DNA of 64,000 bases from an uncultured Candidatus Saccharibacteria bacterium. Lineage in GTDB: Bacteria > Patescibacteriota > Minisyncoccia > Phycocordibacterales > UBA918. Positions 39,505 through 49,848 of this stretch are shown in pieces; the stretch's first letter is position 1; each line of letters opens with the position of its first letter. The position numbers were made by a program, and so were the translations under genes. Location of the stretch: the NCBI GenBank assembly GCA_964350645.1, contig CAYGJY010000001.1:142316-206315 (forward strand), written 5' to 3'. The notes beneath the pieces are model-generated. The model had not been told where the DNA came from. It ran no database searches and worked only from the letters and a program-made list of their open reading frames with translations.

Positions 39505-40248
39505 ATGAATGCAACCCCGATGCTCGAGATTAAAGATCTCGTTAAAGTGTATGGTACTGGCAAAGATGCCAAGACAGCCGTTGACCATATTTCTTTATCG
39601 ATCCCTAAAGGTAGCTTCTATGGCCTTTTAGGACCTAATGGGGCAGGGAAAAGTACCACTATTCATTGTATTACAGGGATCGCTCAGCCGACTTCAGGTC
39701 AGATTTTGGTTGATGGAGTCGATGTAGTGACTGATTACAAGGTGGCTCGTACCAAAGTGGGACTCTCACCGCAAGAATTTAACGTTGATATTTTTTCAAC
39801 TCCGCGTGAATTGATGGATTTTATGGGCGGCTATTATGGTATTGGAGCCGGTCAGCGGAAAGAGCGAGTGGAAGAACTTATAGCCCGTTTTGACCTTGAG
39901 CAGCACGCTGATATCAAGTTTCAAAAATTGTCGGGAGGACTAAAGCGGCGAGCGATGCTTGGGCGAGCTTTGATTCATACTCCAGATCTCTTAATACTTG
40001 ATGAGCCAACTGCTGGAGTTGATGTCGAACAACGTCATGATTTATGGGAGTATCTTAAAGAAATGAACGAGCGGGGGAAGACGATCATTTTAACTTCACA
40101 TTACCTTGAAGAGATCCAGTATCTCTGCCGAGACATTGCAATCATTAACCACGGTAAGATTGTCGCAGAGGGTACCAAAGAAGAATTCATGAAAGACGGA
40201 AAATCGATCGAACAGCGCTATTTAGAAATCACTAAAGAAACTAATTAA
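39505..40248 (+). CDS. ABC transporter ATP-binding protein (YadG-like)
   Basis: GPNGAGKST, LSGG and LLILDEPT motifs. Confidence 0.92.
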   Translation: MNATPMLEIKDLVKVYGTGKDAKTAVDHISLSIPKGSFYGLLGPNGAGKSTTIHCITGIAQPTSGQILVDGVDVVTDYKVARTKVGLSPQEFNVDIFSTPRELMDFMGGYYGIGAGQRKERVEELIARFDLEQHADIKFQKLSGGLKRRAMLGRALIHTPDLLILDEPTAGVDVEQRHDLWEYLKEMNERGKTIILTSHYLEEIQYLCRDIAIINHGKIVAEGTKEEFMKDGKSIEQRYLEITKETN

Positions 40249-40249
40249 T

Positions 40250-41017
40250 ATGTCTATCAACTGGATCGGTATCGGTACCTTCATTCGGCGTGAAATCAAA
40301 CGGACATTTCGAGTGATCATTCAGACACTGGTTGCTCCAGTAATTTCAGCGGCACTCTACATCTTTATCTTTGGAACAGTTATTGGTACCAAAATTGATG
40401 AGATTTTAGGGGTACCGTATATATCATTTGTATTTCCTGGGGTACTCATGCTATCGATTATTAATGCGAGTTTCGCCAGTGCTTCTTCTGGTCTGTACTT
40501 CATGCGTTTCACCCGTGGTATTGAAGAAATTTTAATCGCCCCGTTTTCGTATTTGGAGATGATTTTCGGGTTTGTGGTCGGTTCAGTGGCTCGGTCAATT
40601 ATGGTTGCTGTGTTGATTCTTTTAGTAGGTCTTCTTTTTGGAGCTGTAACACTGGCGAATCCAATTGCCTTCCTACTGTATGTCATTGGCATCTCGGCTA
40701 TCTTCTCGATGCTAGGGATTCTTGTTGCATTGTGGGCTGAGAGTTTCGAACAACTCCAGGTTTTGAATACCTTTATTATAACGCCGCTCACGTACTTGGG
40801 AGGGATTTTTTATTCAATCAGTTTTTTACCGCCACTGGCTGAGACCATTACACGCTTGAATCCTTTTTTCTACTTTGCTGACGGGATCCGTAGTAGTATG
40901 ATCGGGGTGAGCGAGGCAGATACGACACTAGGGGCGGTCATTATTATTGCTCTCGTCATTTTGCTCGGTGCAACGGTAAACTATCTCTTTAGTATTGGTT
41001 GGAAAATCCGCTCATAG
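40250..41017 (+). CDS. ABC-2 type permease (YadH-like)
   Basis: QTLVAPVISAALY, PLTYLGGIFYS and NPFFY motifs; six TMs. Confidence 0.9.
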   Translation: MSINWIGIGTFIRREIKRTFRVIIQTLVAPVISAALYIFIFGTVIGTKIDEILGVPYISFVFPGVLMLSIINASFASASSGLYFMRFTRGIEEILIAPFSYLEMIFGFVVGSVARSIMVAVLILLVGLLFGAVTLANPIAFLLYVIGISAIFSMLGILVALWAESFEQLQVLNTFIITPLTYLGGIFYSISFLPPLAETITRLNPFFYFADGIRSSMIGVSEADTTLGAVIIIALVILLGATVNYLFSIGWKIRS

Positions 41018-41072
41018 GTATTGCTCACACATTGGAGTATTGCTGACGGCATCATCTGATACACTTAAGGTG

Positions 41073-42089
41073 ATGTCAGATCATTCAAAACTATACGCAA
41101 CTGCAGCACAGCTTCTTACCAAGAACAAGGGTATTTTGGCGGCTGATCAGAGTGCGAGTACCATGAACAAACAGTTAGCCGCTATTGGCGTACCTGAAGA
41201 GGCCGAGATGCGCCGACAGTACCGCCAATTACTTTTTACTAGTCCAGGTATTGAGGAGTACACCACTGGGGTAATTTTATACGACGCAACCATTAGAAAT
41301 CAAACCGACGATGGGACACCGTTTGTTGATGTGTTGGCGGCAAAAGGAATCATCCCGATCATTAAGGTTGACAAGAGTACTACAGACCATACTGGGTTCC
41401 CGGGTGAGTTGATCACGGAGGGTCTAGATGGACTTGATGACCGTTTGGCTGAATATTTTCAACTTGGGGCGCGGGCAGCAAAGTGGCGAGCCGTCTTTAA
41501 CATTACCGATGAGATACCAACGGAGCAGAATATTCTATTTGATTGCATCCAGCTAGTGCGGTATGCACAATTATGTCACGAAGCTGGCATTGTACCGATT
41601 GTTGAACCAGAAGTAATTTATGCCGGCACACATTCAATTGAACGGGCTGAGGAGGTGACCACTATGGTTTTAACTAAGCTCTTTGAGTTGTTGGCATGGT
41701 ATCAAGTTGATCTTAAGGCGGTTATTCTAAAATCAAGTATGGTCTTGGCCGGTAAAGAATCTGGTCAGGATTCATCTCCTGAAGCAGTAGCGGCAGCTTC
41801 AGTACGCACATTTAAAGCTAGTGTTCCAGAGGCGGTACCAGGGATTGTCTTCCTTTCTGGAGGACAGACACCTGAGCAGGCAACTGAGAACCTCAATGCG
41901 ATTGCTAAAATCGAGCAGACAGAAGGTGGTCTACCGTGGGAGTTTGCTTTTTCATTTTCTCGAGGTCTTGAACAGCCAGTGCAACAGGTATGGCAAGGTA
42001 AACCGGAAAATATTGAAGCAGCACAAGCAACGCTACTAGAAAGGTTGCGTATCAACTGTCTAGCTGACCGAGGTCAGTATGAGGGATAG
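41073..42089 (+). CDS. Fructose-bisphosphate aldolase class I
   Basis: KGILAAD, IKVDK, AAKWRAV, VPIVEPEV, FLSGGQ and FSFSR motifs. Confidence 0.93.
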   Translation: MSDHSKLYATAAQLLTKNKGILAADQSASTMNKQLAAIGVPEEAEMRRQYRQLLFTSPGIEEYTTGVILYDATIRNQTDDGTPFVDVLAAKGIIPIIKVDKSTTDHTGFPGELITEGLDGLDDRLAEYFQLGARAAKWRAVFNITDEIPTEQNILFDCIQLVRYAQLCHEAGIVPIVEPEVIYAGTHSIERAEEVTTMVLTKLFELLAWYQVDLKAVILKSSMVLAGKESGQDSSPEAVAAASVRTFKASVPEAVPGIVFLSGGQTPEQATENLNAIAKIEQTEGGLPWEFAFSFSRGLEQPVQQVWQGKPENIEAAQATLLERLRINCLADRGQYEG

Positions 42090-42103
42090 GGAAGAAGAAG
42101 TAA

Positions 42104-42144
42104 GACACAAAAAAAGCGCCCTTGTGGCCGCTTTTTTTTGTGTC
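42104..42144. terminator. Bidirectional terminator
   Basis: GACACAAAAAAAGCG...CGCTTTTTTTTGTGTC between the convergent aldolase gene and rpmG. Confidence 0.75.
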
Positions 42145-42324
42145 CTACTTCTTTTGGGTATACACCGTATGAGATTTTGAGACTGGGTTAAACTTCTTTA
42201 GTTCAAGTTTTTTACTTGGGTCTTTTTTATTTTTATTGTTGTAACGTGAGTAGTAGACGTGACCTTTACCCACGCCTTTGTCGTCGCCCTTACTAACTAA
42301 TTTTATGAGTCTATCTTGTGACAT
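42145..42324 (-). CDS. rpmG: 50S ribosomal protein L33 (Cys-free type)
   Basis: LIKLVS...YYS..N.K...KLELKKFNP...HTVY. Confidence 0.88.
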   Translation of the reverse strand: MSQDRLIKLVSKGDDKGVGKGHVYYSRYNNKNKKDPSKKLELKKFNPVSKSHTVYTQKK

Positions 42325-42481
42325 AGTGGCCAGCATAGTACCAGACCAGGGTCAGCCGGTCAATAGAGATTAATTGGGGAGTTTGATAAAAGTCACACAA
42401 GGGTGCGTGTTATTATTAAGTCGATCTGTATGTTTTTCATAGTCTCTGCTCATTACAGGTCATATATGATCTAGTTTAGCC

Positions 42482-43705
42482 ATGAAAGTTCTTACATTTG
42501 GCTGGGATTTTCCACCGTATACAACCGGCGGGCTGGGGTTTGCCTGCCATGGTCTTTCTCATGAACTTACCAATCAGGGCATTGAGGTTGTTTTCGTATT
42601 ACCCCGTAGCCAGCCAGTGACTGGGAAACATCGATTTGTGTTTGCTGATGTTGAGCACTACGCCAGAGTTCGTTATGTTGATTCACTCTTGCAGCCATAC
42701 CAGGCTTCAAGTTCGCGACTTGACGTCTACGATGAAACTGGGCGCCGCCGTCTTTATTCTCGCAGTATTCTAGAAGAGGTTCATCACTACGCACACAAAG
42801 CAGCAGCGATTGCTGAGGAAGAAGAGTTTGAACTAATCCATGCCCACGACTGGACTGCGTATTTAGCTGGTATAGCAGCAAAGACCGTCTCGGGCAAGCC
42901 ATTGATTCTTCATGTGCACGCTACGTCGTTTGATCAGGCGGCCGGTGATAATGTTGATCCGGAAGTGTATAAAATTGAACAAGAAGCTTTTGCTGCTGCC
43001 GACTGTATAGTCGCTATCAGTCAGTACGTCAAGAATATGATAGTCACCAAGCATCAAGCTGACCCAGCTAAAATTACCGTGGTGCACAATGGTAGTGATA
43101 CTGATGAGCCGGTCAGGCATGAACCAACGCTACAAGAATTAAAAGCTCGTGGTACCAAGGTTGTTTTGTATCACGGGCGCATTACTGTCCAGAAGGGGGT
43201 TGATTATTTTGTCCAGGCTGCTAAGCGAGTTTTGGAGAGGGAACCCAATGTCGTGTTTGTTATCTCAGGCAAAGGTGATATGGAAGGTCAAATTATGCAG
43301 CAAGTTGGGGCGATGGGGTTGTCGTCGCACTTTATATTTGCTGGTGCACTTTGGTATGAAGAGCGCGATCAGATGTATCAGAGCGCTGACTTAGTGGTCA
43401 TGCCCTCGGTATCAGAGCCCTTTGGCCTAGTGCCACTTGAAGCAATCAGGCACGGCACGCCAGCTGTGATCAGTAAGCAGTCAGGAGTCTCCGAGGTGAT
43501 GGCTCATGTGCTTAAAGTTGATTTCTGGGATATTGACGATATGGCTAATAAAATTATTGCCGGACTACGGTATCCGGTGATGCATCAGCAGCTGGTTAGT
43601 TATGGTAAACAAGAATTACTCGGGCTGACGTGGGCTAAGGCAGCTGACAAGGTACGATCAATTTATCAGCGTCTGTTACAATACTTGGACACGAAAGTGG
43701 TTTAG
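42482..43705 (+). CDS. Glycosyltransferase family 4 (glycogen-synthase-like)
   Basis: GWDFPPYTTGGLG, IHAHDW and MPSVSEPFGLVPLEA motifs. Confidence 0.9.
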   Translation: MKVLTFGWDFPPYTTGGLGFACHGLSHELTNQGIEVVFVLPRSQPVTGKHRFVFADVEHYARVRYVDSLLQPYQASSSRLDVYDETGRRRLYSRSILEEVHHYAHKAAAIAEEEEFELIHAHDWTAYLAGIAAKTVSGKPLILHVHATSFDQAAGDNVDPEVYKIEQEAFAAADCIVAISQYVKNMIVTKHQADPAKITVVHNGSDTDEPVRHEPTLQELKARGTKVVLYHGRITVQKGVDYFVQAAKRVLEREPNVVFVISGKGDMEGQIMQQVGAMGLSSHFIFAGALWYEERDQMYQSADLVVMPSVSEPFGLVPLEAIRHGTPAVISKQSGVSEVMAHVLKVDFWDIDDMANKIIAGLRYPVMHQQLVSYGKQELLGLTWAKAADKVRSIYQRLLQYLDTKVV

Positions 43706-43707
43706 TC

Positions 43708-45039
43708 ATGCTCTCCGTCTGTCCTTATTTTCACGTTCATCAGCCATACCGGATTAAGCAATACCGGGCTTTTGATATTGGTAATGATAATCAATATTTT
43801 AATGACGCTGGTCCAAGTGATCTTAACAATCGGAAAATCGTCGAAAAAGTAGCAGATAAGTCGTATCGTCCGATGAATGCGGTCTTGACCGAATTGTTAG
43901 AAGAGCATCCAGACTTCCGCTTCGCACTGTCGTTTTCTGGAACGGTGTTGGATCAATTTGCCGAGTATACGCCAGATGTACTAGAGAGTTTTCAGAAATT
44001 AGTGGCGACTGGTCGAGTGGAAATTTTGGCTGATACCTACCATCACTCGCTCGCATTTTTTTATTCAGTACCCGAGTTTGAACGTCAGGTAGCTAAACAT
44101 GCTAAGCGTATTCACGAATTGTTTGGCTATACACCACGGGTGTTTCGAAACACTGAACTTTCGTATCGTAATGATCTGGCTAAATGGTGTGATGATAACG
44201 GGTACTTAGGGATCATGGCTGAAGGATGGGATCCTGTTTTAGGTTGGCGGAGTCCAAATTATGTCTATCGACCAGTTGGGTGTGATCGAATTAAGGTCTT
44301 GTTGAAAAACTATAAGCTTTCTGATGATGTTGCATTCCGGTTTGGCAATCAGGGCTGGGAAAGTTGGCCACTTGATGCTCCAACCTATGCAGATTGGATT
44401 CACTCGCATCACGGTGATGGGCAAACGATTAATCTTTTCATGGACTATGAGACGTTTGGCGAACATCAATGGGAAGATACTGGAATTTTTAACTTTATTC
44501 GAAGTTTGCCAGGTGAACTGATGCGGCGTGAGGACACAACATTTAAAACTCCTACTGAAACAATTTTAAGCTATGCTGATGTCGGTGAGATTGATGTACC
44601 TGATGTCCTTACTTGGGCTGACACTGATCGTGATTTGACCGCTTGGGTTGGAAATGACATCCAGCGTGATGCGATTCGCGTTATCTATGATCTTGAAAAT
44701 AATGTCATGAAGACGAAGGATGAAGAATTGATTGAAACCTGGCGAAAGTTACAGACTTCAGATCATTTTTATTACATGTGTACTAAGTGGTTTGCTGATG
44801 GTGATGTGCATGCTTATTTCTCTCCATACCAATCCCCATATGATGCATATATCGCTTTCATGAATGCAATAAGTGATTTACAATTGAGAGTATCACATGC
44901 TGTATCCGAAGCGGAACAACAGCAACGTAGGGATGATGAAGCGGTGGGCCCAACGACACTTTGGGAGCAGTTCCGTACGTGGGTGGTTCGTCGCTATCAA
45001 GCGATGGTCGAGTTCTTTAAAAGACCCTCATTTCAATAG
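43708..45039 (+). CDS. Glycoside hydrolase family 57 (alpha-amylase-like)
   Basis: HVHQPYR, FRNTEL, FMDYETFGEHQW and LQTSDHFYYM motifs. Confidence 0.93.
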   Translation: MLSVCPYFHVHQPYRIKQYRAFDIGNDNQYFNDAGPSDLNNRKIVEKVADKSYRPMNAVLTELLEEHPDFRFALSFSGTVLDQFAEYTPDVLESFQKLVATGRVEILADTYHHSLAFFYSVPEFERQVAKHAKRIHELFGYTPRVFRNTELSYRNDLAKWCDDNGYLGIMAEGWDPVLGWRSPNYVYRPVGCDRIKVLLKNYKLSDDVAFRFGNQGWESWPLDAPTYADWIHSHHGDGQTINLFMDYETFGEHQWEDTGIFNFIRSLPGELMRREDTTFKTPTETILSYADVGEIDVPDVLTWADTDRDLTAWVGNDIQRDAIRVIYDLENNVMKTKDEELIETWRKLQTSDHFYYMCTKWFADGDVHAYFSPYQSPYDAYIAFMNAISDLQLRVSHAVSEAEQQQRRDDEAVGPTTLWEQFRTWVVRRYQAMVEFFKRPSFQ

Positions 45040-45043
45040 TAGT

Positions 45044-45454
45044 ATGCCAAGCAAAAAAACTACCAGTTCACCCAAAACCAGTAGAAAAAAAACGGCTACA
45101 AAAAAAGCAGTTGCTAAGAAGGCGTCTGTCAAACCAGCTAAAAAAGCAGTAGCTAAAAAATCTACATCCAAAAAACAAACTACTGCAAAGGTGCTTGTCT
45201 GTGCTGGTCCGGACGCATGTTTTTGGACGACAGATGGTGCAATTTTAAAAGATTTACAAGAACTACGTGACGCACTTCAGATAATGTCAGATAGTGTATT
45301 CTCGTATCATGTGCAAAAAGAAAAGAATGATTTTGCCGAGTGGGTTGAGTTTGTTTTGAAAGATCCGGCCTGTGCTGAAGCATTGCGTAAAGCACGCAAG
45401 CCGAGCACAGCTCGTACCGCCGTTGAGCGTCACTTACGTTTATATATCTCCTAG
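45044..45454 (+). CDS. Small protein with Lys-rich N-terminus and DUF5752-like domain
   Basis: KKAVAKK repeats, then CFWTTDG...FSYHV...NDFAEWV; lies within the glucan operon. Confidence 0.7.
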   Translation: MPSKKTTSSPKTSRKKTATKKAVAKKASVKPAKKAVAKKSTSKKQTTAKVLVCAGPDACFWTTDGAILKDLQELRDALQIMSDSVFSYHVQKEKNDFAEWVEFVLKDPACAEALRKARKPSTARTAVERHLRLYIS

Positions 45455-45455
45455 T

Positions 45456-47438
45456 ATGGCTCGAGCGGTTACATTAGGAAATGGAAATATGTTGGTAGGA
45501 CTTGATTATCATGGTCAGGTAAGAGATTTTTATTATCCGCATGTTGGACACTCTAACCACGTTAGTGGAGCAAGTGGTTCGTTCGTGCACCGCATCGGAG
45601 TGTATGTGGGGGACACTTTACTCTGGCTTGACGACCCATCTTGGGAAGTGACGGTCGGGTATGACTCCGATACGGTCGTTGGGAGTATGCATGCAGTGAA
45701 TGAGAAGTATGGTATTACACTCACCAGTACTGACGTAGTACATAATGAAGAAAATCTGTTTATACGTTCTTTTGTCGTTGGTAACGAGCGACCTGAGACT
45801 AGAACCGTTACGCTTTTTTTAGCACAACAATTTAGAATTGCAGAGTCTCGTCGAGGTGACACCGGTTTTTATGATCCACGGGTTCGCTCAGTGATTCATT
45901 ACAAAGGACACACCAAAATTCTTATTAATGCGTTTCATGGAGAGACGCAATTTACAGAGTATAATATTGGTTTGTTTGGTATTGAAGGCCGGGAAGGGAC
46001 CTTTCACGATGCCGAAGATGGTATTCTTGAGAAGAATCCTATCGAGCATGGTTCAGTCGATTCAATTATTGGACTACCAGTAACATTGGCCGCAGAATCT
46101 CATACTGAAATGCATTACTGGATTGCGTGTGCAGAAACTATTGATAAAGTACATGATCTTAATCAGCATGTTCTTGATGAAACACCTGAGGTATTGATGC
46201 GTTCAACTCAGAATTACTGGCGAGCATGGCTCGAGATTGATGATCATGATCATAATTTTCTCAGTCCAGAACTCCAGACCTTATATCATCGGTCGCTAAC
46301 TACTATCCGTGTTCACGCTGATAATGGTGGAGGAATTATCGCTTCGAGTGATACCGCGATGCTGCATCACGGACGTGATACTTATAGCTACGTGTGGCCA
46401 CGTGATGCATCGATTATCGCGAATGCGCTTGATCGCTCAGGACACCACGAAGTAGCTCAGAAGTATTTTACCTTTATGACGGCACGTCTAGAGCGAGGTG
46501 GCTATCTAATGCATAAGTACCGAGTTGATGGAGTATTAGGAAGCTCGTGGCATCCATGGATGCATGATGGCGAAGCGCGCTTACCGATCCAAGAAGACGA
46601 AACAGCCCTGACGTTAGTTATGCTGTGGCGACACTATGAGGAAGCACGCGATCTTGAATTTATAGAGTCTGTGTACAATCCCTTTGTTGAACCAGTGACG
46701 GCTTTTTTGATTGACTACATGGAAGCATCACTGGGACTGCCCGATAGTTCGTATGATTTGTGGGAGGAAAAATATGGAATTTCCACTTATACTGCTTGCT
46801 CGGTCTATGCAGCTTTACAAGCCTCTGCAAATTTTGCCAATTTACTCGGTAAAGATGAAGCGGCGCGGACGTGCGCGGCGGTGGCGCAGAGAATTAGAAG
46901 TAGTATTTTGGAGCGTCTCTATGATGAAGAGTTAGGTATGTTTGTGAAGTTAGTTCGTCTTGATCGTGATGGTGAACTTGAGGTGGATAAGACTATCGAC
47001 ATGAGTAGTTTCTTTGGCCCACTTTTCTTTGGTGTAATTGAAGCAGATGATGAACGTGCTAAGCGTAGTTTTGAAACAGTTGAGCGAACCTTAAAGGTGG
47101 CTGGAGCGAGTGCTGGATACGTGCGCTATCAGGCTGACAACTATTACACCCTGCAGGATGCCGGTAGCCCTAATCCTTGGGTAATTACTACTCTTTGGAT
47201 GGCACAATATCATATTATGAAAGCTAAAACACTCGAAGATCTTGAAGTCGCTTATGGCATCCTAGAGTGGACTTGTGGTCACGCAACAAAGAGCGGTGTA
47301 CTAGCAGAGCAAATGCACCCACACACAAGAGAGCATCTTTCAACCGCACCGCTTACTTGGAGTCATGCTGAGTTTGTAATCACTGTCGATGAATATATTA
47401 AAAAATATCATGAATTAGTGAGTGGAAAAACTAACTAA
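45456..47438 (+). CDS. Glycoside hydrolase family 15 (glucoamylase-like)
   Basis: YSYVWPRDA, IQEDET, YDLWEE and LAEQ...PLTWSHA motifs. Confidence 0.92.
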   Translation: MARAVTLGNGNMLVGLDYHGQVRDFYYPHVGHSNHVSGASGSFVHRIGVYVGDTLLWLDDPSWEVTVGYDSDTVVGSMHAVNEKYGITLTSTDVVHNEENLFIRSFVVGNERPETRTVTLFLAQQFRIAESRRGDTGFYDPRVRSVIHYKGHTKILINAFHGETQFTEYNIGLFGIEGREGTFHDAEDGILEKNPIEHGSVDSIIGLPVTLAAESHTEMHYWIACAETIDKVHDLNQHVLDETPEVLMRSTQNYWRAWLEIDDHDHNFLSPELQTLYHRSLTTIRVHADNGGGIIASSDTAMLHHGRDTYSYVWPRDASIIANALDRSGHHEVAQKYFTFMTARLERGGYLMHKYRVDGVLGSSWHPWMHDGEARLPIQEDETALTLVMLWRHYEEARDLEFIESVYNPFVEPVTAFLIDYMEASLGLPDSSYDLWEEKYGISTYTACSVYAALQASANFANLLGKDEAARTCAAVAQRIRSSILERLYDEELGMFVKLVRLDRDGELEVDKTIDMSSFFGPLFFGVIEADDERAKRSFETVERTLKVAGASAGYVRYQADNYYTLQDAGSPNPWVITTLWMAQYHIMKAKTLEDLEVAYGILEWTCGHATKSGVLAEQMHPHTREHLSTAPLTWSHAEFVITVDEYIKKYHELVSGKTN

Positions 47439-48262
47439 CGATAGCGTTTTTTCCAGAAGCCAAGCCCTAAGGGAAGAGATTGAAAGACGCCAATTTTTGT
47501 TCGATGGATTGAGTAGGCGAGGCCTTGAGTTCCAATTTCTTTGGCTATTTCGTTGGCCAGAGTACGCATATACGTACCAGAACTCGCGATACACCGAACG
47601 GCGGCAATAGTGTAGTCAGTTGGATTGGCGTCAGTTTGTAAAAAGTTTTGCCAAGATTCACGCACGAATGGACGTCGGAAATCATTACCGAGGGCTTTGC
47701 GAAGATCTGTGACTGGGGGTATGGTCTCAATTTTGTTGGTCGCGTAGTTGTACACGCTGGTTTTACTTTCAGTCCGGAGTGACAAAATGTCTAGACGATG
47801 GATCATTGAAGTTTTGGTCGGAATAGTTATTTCATGTAATCGGCCCTCAACCGACCAGGTGTGGAGGGGTTTCCCTTGAACAGTTTTTGCTGAGTAGTGC
47901 GGGTAGGGGAGTTTAATACTACCAAGGAGGTTATGGCAGCCGCGCCTCAGGTGAGCCTCGCTCACCTGAGGCGCGGCGATGTCAGTCTCTAATAACCCCA
48001 GCACGTCACCAGTATCAGACGATATTCCAAATAGAATTTCTACCACATATTCCTTATCGAGAGCGTGAAAGTTACTTTGTTGTTTACAGGCATCTCCGAC
48101 GAGTACGAGCAGTAACCCTGAAGCCATTGGATCTAGTCTGCCGGCGTACGCGAGCGGCACTGCAGCCGGAAGATTCATCTCTTTACGCAACCGTTCAGTT
48201 GCTTCGAGGGGTGTTTCACCAACCGCTTTTTCTATTACGTGATAGTCTCTGCCACTTCTCAT
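47435..48262 (-). CDS. truB: TruB-like tRNA pseudouridine synthase
   Basis: YAGRLDPMASGLL, KEY, YSAK and SSGTYMRTLA motifs. Confidence 0.8.
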   Translation of the reverse strand: MRSGRDYHVIEKAVGETPLEATERLRKEMNLPAAVPLAYAGRLDPMASGLLLVLVGDACKQQSNFHALDKEYVVEILFGISSDTGDVLGLLETDIAAPQVSEAHLRRGCHNLLGSIKLPYPHYSAKTVQGKPLHTWSVEGRLHEITIPTKTSMIHRLDILSLRTESKTSVYNYATNKIETIPPVTDLRKALGNDFRRPFVRESWQNFLQTDANPTDYTIAAVRCIASSGTYMRTLANEIAKEIGTQGLAYSIHRTKIGVFQSLPLGLGFWKKRYR

Positions 48263-48342
48263 GTTACGAACAATACCATAATTTATGTGTAGTGGATTAG
48301 TTTGACTACGTTATAGTTTTTGAATGGTATGATGTTGATCAT

Positions 48343-48801
48343 ATGGAGAGAACAGTTCCTTTTTTAAATGGTTGTATTTCGTTTGTGGCATTCGTGACTG
48401 CGGCTACATTAGTGCTGTACATGCTGGTGGTGATTGTGACTGGAACCTTCGACGTCGCGAGCACGATTTATCAGACTATCTTACTTGATTCAACCGAACG
48501 TCAAAAAGTTTTTAATGTGTTGAATGCAGAATTTTTGCATAACGTCGCCGTATTATTGATTCTCATGAAGGCTTACCGTGTCTTGGTTGAGTACATGCGT
48601 TTCCATCATATTGATATCAAGTTTATGGTAGAGATCGCGATTATCGCTTCAGTGCTTGAGCTGTTATTCAATTTTGCTTCATATAGTATTGAAATGCGGT
48701 ATATCCTCCTTGGTTTAGCGGTAGCATTCCTTGGCATGTATGTGTTTGGCTACAAGCAGATCAAGCAAGCGAGCAAAGACGCTCAAAAGGAGCTCAGATA
48801 G
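48343..48801 (+). CDS. PsiE-like membrane protein
   Basis: Four TMs; EYMRFHHIDIKFMVEIAIIA resembles the PsiE family. Confidence 0.6.
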   Translation: MERTVPFLNGCISFVAFVTAATLVLYMLVVIVTGTFDVASTIYQTILLDSTERQKVFNVLNAEFLHNVAVLLILMKAYRVLVEYMRFHHIDIKFMVEIAIIASVLELLFNFASYSIEMRYILLGLAVAFLGMYVFGYKQIKQASKDAQKELR

Positions 48802-48806
48802 ATTTA

Positions 48807-49763
48807 CTATTCATCATCTTCATCCTCAATTTCTACTTGGATGATCTCTTCGATAATATCTTCGAGACTAATCACGCCAACGACAATTTTATTGCGGTTC
48901 TCAACGACAGCAATGTGTCGTTTTTGCTTGAGCATTTTAGTGAGGACAACATCGAGAAATTCACTACGACGCACCCGCATAAAGTTTTTTTCCAAGGCAT
49001 CTTCAGTAGCGTGGATGGATATCCCGTCATCTTCAGTTAGTAAGTCTTTGGCGTATAGAATACCAACGATATTTTCTCGTTTACCGCTATAGACTGGATA
49101 GCGTGAAAAGCCTTCATCGGTGACCGTTTCATAAAATGTGTCAGTCAGCCGCTGACCAGCTTCAAACATAACTACTTCTTCAAGTGGTGTCATTACTTCT
49201 GAAACGCGTAAGTGTGAAAACTGAAGAGCGCCGTGAACAATACGTTCCTCGTCTTCATCGATCGGGCTATGTTCTGAGTCTTCATGCTCACTAATGATCT
49301 GCATGATTTCACTTTTTGAATACACTGTTGGGAGCTCTTCACCGAGGGCACGGTCAAGTGCGTATGAAATAGGCCAGGTTATAGGGTAGAGTACCCAGAT
49401 AAGTAGGCGCACAAAGGGTGCGGTTTTGGAGCCAAAGTACAAAGCATGACGCGAAATCACTGCTTGGGGAATAATTTCACCGAATAAAAATATTGCCGCG
49501 GTCGCTATAATTCCCGCTACAATACCACTGGCGATTGAGCCAAGAAAAATTGAGAGGGCGGTGTTTACACCAACATTACCGAGTAGAAGCGTAGTTAATA
49601 AGAGGTTGCCTTTCTTTCGAATTGGAAAAATGCGCGCCGCTTGGCGGTCACCTGCGTCAGCTCGACGTTTGAGAGTTTGGGTATCAAGTGTGAGTAATCC
49701 CAAGGTGAGACCAGAAAATAGTGCTGAAAAACCAATTAATATAAATGAGATGAGGTACTCCAT
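48807..49763 (-). CDS. CNNM/DUF21-CBS (CorB/CorC-like) Mg2+/Co2+ transport protein
   Basis: SALFSGLTLG, LLTTLLLGN, FGEIIPQ, FSRYPVY and GVISLEDIIEEI motifs. Confidence 0.9.
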   Translation of the reverse strand: MEYLISFILIGFSALFSGLTLGLLTLDTQTLKRRADAGDRQAARIFPIRKKGNLLLTTLLLGNVGVNTALSIFLGSIASGIVAGIIATAAIFLFGEIIPQAVISRHALYFGSKTAPFVRLLIWVLYPITWPISYALDRALGEELPTVYSKSEIMQIISEHEDSEHSPIDEDEERIVHGALQFSHLRVSEVMTPLEEVVMFEAGQRLTDTFYETVTDEGFSRYPVYSGKRENIVGILYAKDLLTEDDGISIHATEDALEKNFMRVRRSEFLDVVLTKMLKQKRHIAVVENRNKIVVGVISLEDIIEEIIQVEIEDEDDE

Positions 49764-49764
49764 G

Positions 49765-49842
49765 TTATAAGTTATTGACGTATGTGTTGACCATCAACAG
49801 TAGAATAAATAGCAAAATAGTAATAGCAATGGTTTTTAACAT
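49765..49842 (-). CDS. Unannotated 25-aa single-TM peptide
   Basis: MLKTIAITILLFILLLMVNTYVNNL fills the gap between the HD gene stop (6 nt) and the CNNM start (1 nt). Confidence 0.5.
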   Translation of the reverse strand: MLKTIAITILLFILLLMVNTYVNNL

Positions 49843-49848
49843 AGGTAC

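Noticed and set aside
38698-39588. Apparent long overlap between prmC and the ABC ATPase ORFs
   Set aside because: Artefact of longest-ORF calling; starts at 39477 and 39505 remove the overlap.
42482-47438. GT4-GH57-GH15 cluster as a novel system
   Set aside because: It is a recognised alpha-glucan/glycogen-type gene cluster; annotated as features only.
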